Shown one piece after another: positions 12,918 through 19,882 of a stretch of 19,882 bases of DNA. A model generated the notes under the pieces. That model did no database searches. It was not told the DNA's origin and saw only the letters and a program-made list of their open reading frames with translations. Position 1 is the first letter of the stretch. Each line of letters starts with the position of its first letter. The position numbers and the translations under genes were made by a program. Source of the stretch: an uncultured Clostridia bacterium (GTDB lineage: Bacteria > Bacillota > Clostridia > Christensenellales > Aristaeellaceae); NCBI GenBank assembly GCA_934647235.1, contig CAKUFG010000035.1, positions 1 to 19,882 of the forward strand. The letters run 5' to 3'.

Positions 12918-14543
12918 TTAATTGGCGGGCGCAAGGCGCAGGGCCAGGACAGGGGCTTCGGCCTTGGCAAAGTCCAGCGTGAACACGGCGGATTCGCCTT
13001 CGATTGCAAACTCAACCGGCGTTTCCGTGCCGTCGGCGTTGAGCAGGGACAGGGTGCAGCCGCTCAGCAGCGCGGCGGGCAGGGTAATCTGCACCAGGCC
13101 GGTGGGGCGGGAAAGCTCGCCGCCGTACTCATAGCCCACGGTCAGCAGTCGTTCGCCGTTGGCCAGCGTGCCCAGCAGCAGCACGGGCTCGCCATAGGGA
13201 ATCCTGCCGCTGAGAATCCCGGCGGAGGTGCTGACAAGCGGCAGACGCGCGCCGTCGCTGGCCTGGCCGCACACGGGGCAAAGGGAAATATCAAGGGCCG
13301 GAACCGTCAGGCTGGCGCAGGCCACGGTAAGCTTATTGCCGCAGCCGCCGCGCTGGCAGAAGGCGCTGTGCGTGCCGTCGCCGTTGGCCGTCCATTCGCC
13401 GTACCAGTGGCCGGCGTGGCGGATCACGCTGTCAGTATAGCTGTCCTGGCAGCGGGAGCAGGTGTGCAGGGTATAGCCGTCCTTTTCGCAGGTGCGCGGG
13501 ATCACCTCAGCCTGATAATCGTGCCCCAGCGCGGGCAGGGCCTGATAGGTGGAATAGCTGCACTTGGAGCAGGTATCGTAGGCATTCCAGCCGGGCTGGG
13601 TGCAGGTAGCGGCCTTGGCGGCGTGATGGGTCAGGCTATGGCCGGAGGCGGGAATTTCCGCGTAGGTGGAGTAGCCGCACCCCTCGCGCGTGCAGGCTTC
13701 ATAGGCATCCCAGCCGGGCTCGGTGCAGGTGGGGGCTTTGGCGGCGTATTGCTTGATGGCGTGGTTGTCCGGGTCTGTTGTGCCATTCTCGTCAAAATAA
13801 GTTTCCGTTCCCTGGTAGTAGCAGGATGTGCAGTTTTTATAGTACTCAGGCTTAGAGACGCAGGTGGCCGCAGATTTCAGGTACATATTGCTCGGCCAAA
13901 AGCGATGATCACTCACGTGCGCTTTTCCATCAACGCATCCATCATTGGTACAGCGAAGCCAGTGCTTTTCAGCGTCTCTTTCTACGTAAGGATTCGAATC
14001 CCACTTCCAGGTCGCAGGAAAAGAATGCCCTCCGTAGTATTGCCCGCCGCAGGCAGTGCAGGTTCCCAGCGTGACGCAGTTAGCGGTGCTGTCGCCGGAG
14101 CAATTTGCCGTATCAGTTGCGCCGCAGCCATCGCGCTGGCAGGTGCGGGTGTGGGTTTTGTTGTCGCCGCTGGATACCCAATCGCCCCAGTCGTGGCCAA
14201 GCATGCCGTACTGGGCGCCGCACTTTACGCAGGTTTTGCCTGTGGTGCAGGTAGGCGTTTCGGTGCCGCCGGTATGGAGTCTACGGTCATCGTCGAGAAC
14301 GAATTGTTGTATGTTGCCGCATGTCTTGCATTTGGCTTCCGCCCAATGGGCATCAGGGTCTGGCGTCGATGAAATGGGCGTTGGAATATATCCTATAATT
14401 ATAAAATCTGTAAACTTTCCGCATTTTGTACATGCATTTTTTGTTATTTCATCAGTCGTCTCCGACGCCATGGCCGGGGAAGCGGCCATCAGCAGGCACA
14501 GCAGCAGCGCGGCAAGGAAAATATGGAGCCAATTTTTCTTCAT
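12918..14543 (-). CDS. Secreted Cys-rich repeat protein (about 10 C..CxxC..H putative zinc-ribbon-like modules) with a Cys-free C-terminal domain
   Basis: AAAGGAGGG lies upstream of the ATG at 14543. The signal peptide is MKKNWLHIFLAALLLCLLMAASPAMA|SE. Repeated modules include PTCTEPGWDAYEACTREGCGYSTYAEIPASGH, ATCTQPGWNAYDTCSKCSYSTYQALPALGH, RTCEKDGYTLHTCSRCQDSYTDSVIRHAGH, GHDWGDWVSSGDNKTHTRTCQRDGCG and GHWYGEWTANGDGTHSAFCQRGGCG. No anchor motif seen. Confidence 0.8.
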   Translation of the reverse strand: MKKNWLHIFLAALLLCLLMAASPAMASETTDEITKNACTKCGKFTDFIIIGYIPTPISSTPDPDAHWAEAKCKTCGNIQQFVLDDDRRLHTGGTETPTCTTGKTCVKCGAQYGMLGHDWGDWVSSGDNKTHTRTCQRDGCGATDTANCSGDSTANCVTLGTCTACGGQYYGGHSFPATWKWDSNPYVERDAEKHWLRCTNDGCVDGKAHVSDHRFWPSNMYLKSAATCVSKPEYYKNCTSCYYQGTETYFDENGTTDPDNHAIKQYAAKAPTCTEPGWDAYEACTREGCGYSTYAEIPASGHSLTHHAAKAATCTQPGWNAYDTCSKCSYSTYQALPALGHDYQAEVIPRTCEKDGYTLHTCSRCQDSYTDSVIRHAGHWYGEWTANGDGTHSAFCQRGGCGNKLTVACASLTVPALDISLCPVCGQASDGARLPLVSTSAGILSGRIPYGEPVLLLGTLANGERLLTVGYEYGGELSRPTGLVQITLPAALLSGCTLSLLNADGTETPVEFAIEGESAVFTLDFAKAEAPVLALRLAPAN

Positions 14544-14617
14544 GGGATAAACCCTCCTTTATCAATGGGGTGATGGGCGACATGCTGTTGATTACATTTC
14601 AAATGGTATGCAACCCA

Positions 14618-14646
14618 ATTATAAATGATTCCGGCAGGCAAGTCAA
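14618..14646 (-). promoter_or_regulatory. Near-consensus sigma-A promoter for the Cys-rich protein gene
   Basis: Minus strand reads TTGACT (14646-14641), a 17-nt spacer, then TATAAT (14623-14618), about 70 nt upstream of the ATG. Confidence 0.65.
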
Positions 14647-14751
14647 TATCATAACAGGCAATTTACAAAAAGGTTGGCCTGCTTAATTTTTTCGGCTTTC
14701 TTAAATTGTATTACAATTTTCTTAACAGTACAATATGTAGATTTCCAATGC

Positions 14752-14780
14752 TTGAATTTGTGATGGAACAATGGTAGAAT
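14752..14780 (+). promoter_or_regulatory. Sigma-A-type promoter (extended -10) for the 14814 gene and EamA
   Basis: TTGAAT (14752-14757), a 17-nt spacer ending in TGG, then TAGAAT (14775-14780). Confidence 0.55.
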
Positions 14781-14813
14781 ACACTATATTTGGGGAGAAG
14801 GGGGCGGCCTGCC

Positions 14814-15296
14814 GTGGGTTCTTTGGCGTATATCGCGCTGGTGCTGGCGCTGGCCGCCGGAGTATATCTGTTAATCCGCTATCAGCGCGAGCGCCAGAAG
14901 GAGCTTTACCGCATGGAAGCCCTGCGCGACAGCCGCCTGTATAAGGATATTTACCCCCTCATCCTGCGCGCCGCCGCGCGCGACCTGGATCAGGTGCGCA
15001 TCGAGCGCGACCGCATCACCTTTACCCTGGTCTGCCCGCCCGGCACACTGGGCGTATTTGAGCTGTGCCAGTGCGGGCACAGGCAGATGAGCCGCACGCG
15101 CACCCGCGTGATGGCCGAGGTCATCGCCGAGGATATCGAGATCCTGCGCGACCGGGGCAAGTACGGGCTGTCCCGCTACCGCATCACCCGCGCGAACGGC
15201 AGCGTGGATTACGGCTATGTATACACCATTCGCACCCCCTATAAGGATGCAGTTATGGAGGCACGCCGCAGGATTTCCATGCGGATCGGAATATGA
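14814..15296 (+). CDS. Hypothetical small membrane-anchored protein (one N-terminal TM helix)
   Basis: ORF 14790..15296 starts at TTG. I prefer the in-frame GTG at 14814, 8 nt after GGAGAAGGGGG. The TM helix is LAYIALVLALAAGVYLLI. The stop overlaps the next start (ATGA at 15293-15296). The start choice is uncertain. Confidence 0.6.
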   Translation: MGSLAYIALVLALAAGVYLLIRYQRERQKELYRMEALRDSRLYKDIYPLILRAAARDLDQVRIERDRITFTLVCPPGTLGVFELCQCGHRQMSRTRTRVMAEVIAEDIEILRDRGKYGLSRYRITRANGSVDYGYVYTIRTPYKDAVMEARRRISMRIGI

Positions 15297-16165
15297 ACGA
15301 AGCAAGGCAGCCAAAGCCAAACGGAGCAGCCGCGCTCCTTACCTTCGCGGCCGGATTATCATGGAGCTTCACGGGCATGTTTACCAAACTTGTCGGGTGG
15401 AGCTCCTTCACGCTTGCGGGCGTGCGCGCCATCTTCGCGCTGCTGGTGCTGGGGTTGGCGCGGGGCAGCTTTCGCGTCCGTCCCAACCGGGGCATGTGGC
15501 TCAGCGCAGTGGGCGTTACGGTGACATCCCTGCTGTTTATGTCCGCGACGCGCCTGACCACCGCGGCCAACGCCATCGTGCTGCAATACACGGCCTCCAT
15601 CTTCGTGATTCTGTATATGCTGCTCTTCAAAAAGCAGCGGCCGCTCAAATCCGAGCTCGTCGCGGCGTTTTTTGTCATGCTGGGCGTGTGCCTGTGCTTT
15701 GCCGGCGGCCTGGATGGCGGGCGGTTGCTGGGCAACATCCTAGGTCTGTGCAGCGGCGTTACCTTTGCGATGATGTTCCTGGCCAACCGCTATTCGGGCA
15801 ACGACCCGCTGGACAACGTGTACTTTGGCACGCTGGCCGGCGTGCCCTTTGCGCTGTCGGCCTGCTTTGATCCGCATTTTTCGCTGTCCCTGCCGCAGCT
15901 GGGCTGCGGCGTGGGGCTGGGCGTGGGGCTGGGGCTGGGCTACCTGTTTCTGGCGCTGGGCGCGCGGCGCGGCATATCGCCCGTGGCCTCGTGCATCATC
16001 AGCAATGTGGAGCCGGTGCTCAATCCCATCTGGGTGTTTCTGGCCGTGGGCGAAAACCCCGGCATATACAGCATTGCCGGGGCGGCGATCGTGCTGCTGG
16101 CGGTAACGCTGCAAAGCCTGTACGAAATGCGCCGCGCCGCGCGGGCCAAGCCCGAAAAACAATAG
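15293..16165 (+). CDS. EamA/DMT-superfamily transporter
   Basis: 290 aa and about 10 hydrophobic segments, with the duplicated EamA-like halves typical of the family, e.g. LLTFAAGLSWSFTGMFTKLV near the N-terminus and GISPVASCIISNVEPVLNPIWVFLAVGENP in the second half. Confidence 0.8.
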   Translation: MNEARQPKPNGAAALLTFAAGLSWSFTGMFTKLVGWSSFTLAGVRAIFALLVLGLARGSFRVRPNRGMWLSAVGVTVTSLLFMSATRLTTAANAIVLQYTASIFVILYMLLFKKQRPLKSELVAAFFVMLGVCLCFAGGLDGGRLLGNILGLCSGVTFAMMFLANRYSGNDPLDNVYFGTLAGVPFALSACFDPHFSLSLPQLGCGVGLGVGLGLGYLFLALGARRGISPVASCIISNVEPVLNPIWVFLAVGENPGIYSIAGAAIVLLAVTLQSLYEMRRAARAKPEKQ

Positions 16166-16181
16166 AAAAGCAACCTTTTGA

Positions 16182-16210
16182 TTGACATCCCCGGCTTTTG
16201 CGGGTATCCT
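16182..16210 (+). promoter_or_regulatory. Candidate promoter for asnA (weak -10)
   Basis: TTGACA (16182-16187), a 17-nt spacer, then TATCCT (16205-16210). Confidence 0.35.
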
Positions 16211-16241
16211 TGAAGAATCATTTTTACAAGGAGGCCGCCGC

Positions 16242-17249
16242 ATGAGCCGTGTTGTTGTACCCGAAGGCTACCGCTCCGTACTGTCGCTGTATGATACGCA
16301 GGAAGCCATCGCGCTGATTAAAAAAACATTTGAAAAATCCCTGTGCAGCGCGCTGAATCTCAAGCGCGTGTCCGCCCCGCTGTTTGTGGAGGGCGCAAGC
16401 GGCCTCAACGACGACCTGAACGGCGTGGAGCGCCCCGTCAGCTTTACCCTGCGCGAAACGGGCGCGCAGGCGCAGGTGGTGCACTCCCTGGCCAAGTGGA
16501 AGCGCCTGGCCCTGCACGATTACGGCTTCCCGCTGGGCGAGGGGCTGTATACCGATATGAACGCTATCCGCCGGGATGAGGAGCTGGATAACCTGCACTC
16601 GGTCTATGTGGATCAGTGGGATTGGGAAAAGATCATTGCCGAGCAGGACCGCACGCTGGATACCCTCAAGGATGCGATGCGCCGCATCGTGACGGCGGTG
16701 TGCTGCACGCTGGACTTTCTTAAATGGAAATATCCGCAGCTGCCAGTGACGCTCTGCCGCGAAATCAGCTTTGTCACTACCCAGGAGCTGGAGGATATGT
16801 ATCCCGATTTAACGCCCAAGCAGCGCGAAAACGCTTACCTGCGGGAGCACCGCACGGCGGGTATCCTGCAGATTGGCGGCAGGCTGCGCTCGGGCAAGCC
16901 GCATGATGGCCGCGCGCCGGACTATGACGACTGGGCGCTCAACGGCGATATCCTGTTCTATAACGATGTGCTGGGCTGCGCGTTTGAGCTGTCCTCCATG
17001 GGCGTGCGCGTATCGCCGCAATCCCTGCGCGCGCAGCTGGATGCGGCGGGCTGCCCGGAGCGCGCGGCCCTGCCCTTCCACCGCATGCTGCTGGCGGGCG
17101 AGCTGCCCTATACCATGGGCGGCGGCATTGGCCAAAGCCGCATGTGCATGCTGCTGCTGGGCAAGGCGCACATCGGCGAGGTGCAGTCCTCCCTGTGGGA
17201 CGCCGGAACGCGCCGCGTATGCCGCGAGGCGGGCATCGTGCTGCTGTGA
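16242..17249 (+). CDS. asnA: Aspartate-ammonia ligase (asparagine synthetase A)
   Basis: ORF 16182..17249, with the start moved to ATG 16242, 7 nt after AAGGAGG. Several blocks are near-identical to E. coli AsnA as I recall it: VVHSLAKWKR, HSVYVDQWDWE, RAPDYDDW, LNGDIL, AFELSSMG and GGGIGQSR. Length 335 aa. Confidence 0.95.
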   Translation: MSRVVVPEGYRSVLSLYDTQEAIALIKKTFEKSLCSALNLKRVSAPLFVEGASGLNDDLNGVERPVSFTLRETGAQAQVVHSLAKWKRLALHDYGFPLGEGLYTDMNAIRRDEELDNLHSVYVDQWDWEKIIAEQDRTLDTLKDAMRRIVTAVCCTLDFLKWKYPQLPVTLCREISFVTTQELEDMYPDLTPKQRENAYLREHRTAGILQIGGRLRSGKPHDGRAPDYDDWALNGDILFYNDVLGCAFELSSMGVRVSPQSLRAQLDAAGCPERAALPFHRMLLAGELPYTMGGGIGQSRMCMLLLGKAHIGEVQSSLWDAGTRRVCREAGIVLL

Positions 17250-17307
17250 TGCAAATGCCAATTGGATTAAGGTGGACGGAGCTCTGGCGGCTCGCTCAAT
17301 CGCATGA

Positions 17308-17372
17308 CAAAATAGCCTTCCCCCAGACGGGGGAGGGTGCTGAGCGAATAGCGAAGCGGATGAGGGGGATGG
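17308..17372 (+). repeat. Two-hairpin repeat element, copy 3
   Basis: CAAAATAG, then hairpin 1 CCTTCCCCC agac GGGGGAGGG (17316-17337), then TG, then CTGAGCGAATAGCGAAG (weak hairpin 2), then CGGATGAGGGGGATGG. It has the same order and end motifs as copy L (9773-9831) and lies in the asnA-AlaX spacer. Confidence 0.7.
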
Positions 17373-17409
17373 CTCATCTTTATTAATTACATTTCCAGGA
17401 GGTCATCTT

Positions 17410-18594
17410 GTGCAGCCTACCGATCGACTTTACTATGACGACGCTTATCTGACCGCGTTTGACGCGCGGGTGGCCGCCATCCGCCCGGACGGCTGGGCGG
17501 CGCTGGATCGCTCGGCGTTTTATCCCACCTCGGGCGGGCAGCCCTACGATACGGGTACGCTGCAATGGGACGATGTAACCGCCCATGTAACCGATGTGGA
17601 GGTGCAGGACGGCGTGGTATGGCACAGGCTGGACGCGCTGCCGCCGCTGGGCGCGCCGGTGCACGGCTGCATCGATTGGCCGCGTAGGCTGGATCATATG
17701 CAGCAGCACGCGGGCGATCATATGATCGCCGGGGCGGCGTGGCAGCTGTACGGCGCGGTGACGATCGGCCTGCACCTGGGGCAGACGGAATCCACCATCG
17801 ATATGGAGCTGCCCGGCGGGCGCACGCGCCTGACGGCAGCGGAGATCGATACGCTGGAAGCCACGGTCAACGCCCGCGTACAGCAGGACGATCCCATCCG
17901 CTGCTGGTTTCCTGCGCCCGACGAGCTGGCGACCTTGCCGCTGCGCAAGCGCCCCACTGTGTCCGAGCATGTGCGCGTGGTGGCCATGGGCGATTATGAG
18001 ATGGTCGCCTGCGGCGGCACGCATCCGGCTGCAACGGGGCAGATCGGCCCGGTCAAGATTCTGTCCACCGCGCCCGCACGTGGTAAGCTGCGGCTGACCT
18101 TTGTGGCCGGCATGCGCGCGGTGCGCTGCTTTCAGCGTGTCGCCCGCTGTGCTGAAGGGCTCAGTGCCGCCCTGTCCGCCACGCCCGATACCGCGCTGGA
18201 CGCGCTGCAGCATGAGCGCGAAACGGCGCAGGAGGCGCGCCGTGCGGTGCGGGAGCAATTGACCCTGGCCATGCTGGAAACGCTGCGCCGGGATGCGATC
18301 ATCCTGCCCTGCGGCACGCTGTATTGCGGGCATATCGCCTATGGCGAGCCCGAAACGCTGCTGCACGCCGCCGCCGCGCTGACGGCGCAGCCGGGGACGA
18401 TAGCGCTTTTGTCCTGCCCGCGCAAGGATGCGCGCATGCTGATCTTTGCCCGCAGTGCGGATGGCGCGCCCGATATGGCGCAGCTGCTGCGCGAAAGCGG
18501 CGCGCGGGGCGGCGGCAAGCCCGATATGGCCCAGGGCAGCGCTCCGGACGGCGCGGCGCTGGAAGAAGCCAGGCAAGCATTGCTGAACAAATGA
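17410..18594 (+). CDS. AlaX-type alanyl-tRNA editing protein (tRNA synthetase second additional domain) with a C-terminal extension
   Basis: GTG start lies 7 nt after AGGAGG (17397-17402). The sequence has YYDDAYLTAFDARV...FYPTSGGQPYDTG, the zinc motif HMQQHAGDH (HxxxH), and CGGTH. Confidence 0.85.
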   Translation: MQPTDRLYYDDAYLTAFDARVAAIRPDGWAALDRSAFYPTSGGQPYDTGTLQWDDVTAHVTDVEVQDGVVWHRLDALPPLGAPVHGCIDWPRRLDHMQQHAGDHMIAGAAWQLYGAVTIGLHLGQTESTIDMELPGGRTRLTAAEIDTLEATVNARVQQDDPIRCWFPAPDELATLPLRKRPTVSEHVRVVAMGDYEMVACGGTHPAATGQIGPVKILSTAPARGKLRLTFVAGMRAVRCFQRVARCAEGLSAALSATPDTALDALQHERETAQEARRAVREQLTLAMLETLRRDAIILPCGTLYCGHIAYGEPETLLHAAAALTAQPGTIALLSCPRKDARMLIFARSADGAPDMAQLLRESGARGGGKPDMAQGSAPDGAALEEARQALLNK

Positions 18595-18610
18595 AAGGAG
18601 CATAAACACC

Positions 18611-19882
18611 ATGGAAGTATCTGCCCGCCGCGCGTTTGCGCTGCTGAAAAGTCTGGCTTTTGAGCGTCTCTCCGGCTCCGATGCGGAGAAATGCGCCGCC
18701 GAAACCCTGCTGGCCGAGGCCCAGGGCTGCGGCGTGGAGGCGCACATTGAGGAGTTTAGCGTGCCCTGCGGCCGCGTCAACAGCGCGCGCCTGGTCGTTA
18801 CCGCGCCCTATCAGAAGGAATACGCCGTTACGGGCTACGAGCGCTCGCTGTCCACGCCCGAGGGCGGCCTGGATGCGGATTTCTATTACGCCGAGGATCT
18901 GCTGCCCGCGCACCTGCGTAATGTGAAGGGCAGGATCGTCATGATCAACGGCCGCCTGCGCCGCGCCGATTATGAAAAGCTGCAGAAGGCGGGGGCCGCG
19001 GCCATCCTGACCTTCTCGGGCACCACGCTGGACCGTCCCAGCGAGACGGACTGCGATATCCGCAAGCTGCGCGAAACCATGACCGAGCCCTTCGGCTTTG
19101 CCGTGGCGCTGAACATGCGCGCCGCCGATGCGGCGGAGATCGTGCGCCGGGGCGCCGCGCGCATGCATATTGAAATCGACAGCGAATGCGTGGAGGGCAC
19201 CAGCCGCAACGTGTGCGCGGTGATCCCTGGCACGCAGTACCCTGATGAAATCATCTCCTTCGGCGCGCATTACGACAGCGTGCATTTTTCCACCGGCGTG
19301 TATGACAATATGTCCGGCAGCGTGATCAACATGGAGCTGCTGCGCTACTTTGCCGCCCATCGCCCGGCGCGCACGATGAAGTTCAACTGGTTCGGCTCGG
19401 AGGAGCAGGGTCTGCTGGGCAGCAAGGCGTGGACGGCCGTGCACGCGGAGGAGCTGAGCAAGCATGTGCTGATGATCAACGTGGACGTGGCCGCCGCGAC
19501 GCTGGGCCACAACATTGCGCCCGTGCTGGCCACGCAGGAGGCCGTGGGCTATGTGGATGCGCTGATGTGCGAGCTGGGCGTGCCCTGCAAGGTGAAGCTG
19601 GATATCTATTCCAGCGACTGCGTGCCCTTTGCCGATCACGGCGTGCCGGCGATCAACCTGTGCCGCTTCGGCGCGTCCGGCGCGGATTACATCCATGATC
19701 GCCGCGACAACCTTAAAAGCGGCTATATCGATGAGAAGGCGCTGGATATTACCCTGCAGCAGGCGCTGTACCTGGCCAAGCGCGTGGCCAACGCGGCGGT
19801 GTTCCCCATCAGGCGCGAGATTGCCGATGAGATCCGCGACAAGGTGGATACCTACCTGTTCCGCAAGGAAAAGAAGGATTAA
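18611..19882 (+). CDS. M28-family metallo-aminopeptidase with an inserted PA domain
   Basis: Starts 16 nt after the previous stop, with AAAGGAG upstream. The zinc-ligand pattern is FGAHYDSV, DNMSGS, GSEEQGLLGS, NVD and IHDRRD. The PA-domain-like segment is GRIVMINGRLRRADYEKLQKAGAAAILTF. The TAA stop is at 19880-19882. Confidence 0.85.
   Translation: MEVSARRAFALLKSLAFERLSGSDAEKCAAETLLAEAQGCGVEAHIEEFSVPCGRVNSARLVVTAPYQKEYAVTGYERSLSTPEGGLDADFYYAEDLLPAHLRNVKGRIVMINGRLRRADYEKLQKAGAAAILTFSGTTLDRPSETDCDIRKLRETMTEPFGFAVALNMRAADAAEIVRRGAARMHIEIDSECVEGTSRNVCAVIPGTQYPDEIISFGAHYDSVHFSTGVYDNMSGSVINMELLRYFAAHRPARTMKFNWFGSEEQGLLGSKAWTAVHAEELSKHVLMINVDVAAATLGHNIAPVLATQEAVGYVDALMCELGVPCKVKLDIYSSDCVPFADHGVPAINLCRFGASGADYIHDRRDNLKSGYIDEKALDITLQQALYLAKRVANAAVFPIRREIADEIRDKVDTYLFRKEKKD

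Noticed and set aside
13368-14372. 334-aa + strand ORF
   Set aside because: It is antisense to the Cys-rich protein gene, which has an SD, a signal peptide, a near-consensus promoter and a coherent repeat pattern.
15909-15940. Short tandem repeat GTGGGGCTGGGC x2 plus a partial copy (encodes GVGLGVGLGLG) within the EamA gene
   Set aside because: It is an in-frame Gly/Leu/Val stretch inside a predicted TM helix. It is too short and imperfect to argue for phase variation, and any slippage by 6 or 12 nt would keep the frame.
17383-19696. Two 465-aa minus-strand ORFs (17383..18780 and 18299..19696)
   Set aside because: They are antisense to the AlaX-type and M28 genes, both of which have clear catalytic motifs. 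The products are Arg/Ala/Gly-rich with no motifs.
1-19882. Searched for transposase, integrase, recombinase, phage, toxin-antitoxin, restriction-modification, CRISPR-Cas or other defence gene signatures
   Set aside because: No translated ORF shows such motifs. Apart from the miniature repeat elements, nothing in the window supports a mobile element or a known defence island.

Overview
GC-rich, Firmicutes/Clostridia-like chromosomal segment, judged from strong AGGAGG-type Shine-Dalgarno sites, TTGACA/TATAAT-type promoters and gene content (taxonomy is inference). I support 16 protein-coding genes. Housekeeping genes: the prmA-rsmE pair, asnA, an AlaX-type tRNA editing protein, an M28 aminopeptidase, an EamA transporter, and a histidine-phosphatase + GT4 glycosyltransferase operon. 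Interleaved with these are many signal-peptide-bearing surface or secreted proteins: a partial BspA-type LRR protein, a membrane-anchored protein with 4 beta-sandwich repeats, a CotH-like protein, a wall-binding protein with 3 PG-binding and 5 SH3b modules, a small DVDGDG-motif protein, and a 541-aa Cys-rich repeat protein. I found no rRNA, tRNA, CRISPR array, transposase, integrase, phage gene or recognisable defence gene, so I cannot point to a canonical multi-gene 'system'. The least explained signals are: (1) a 632-bp promoter-less gap between convergent genes (9398-10029), packed with structured repeats. It includes an inverted pair of a ~60-nt two-hairpin element whose third copy lies at 17308-17372. 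(2) A duplicated terminator hairpin bracketing a hairpin-rich 169-nt insert downstream of rsmE. (3) The Cys-rich extracellular repeat protein (12918-14543), which has patchy, strongly atypical low-GC segments. (4) An unassigned C-terminal His/Cys domain on the SH3b/PG-binding protein. Many long ORFs in the track are antisense shadow ORFs typical of GC-rich DNA and were rejected. All functional calls come from motif recognition by eye; no database search was possible.
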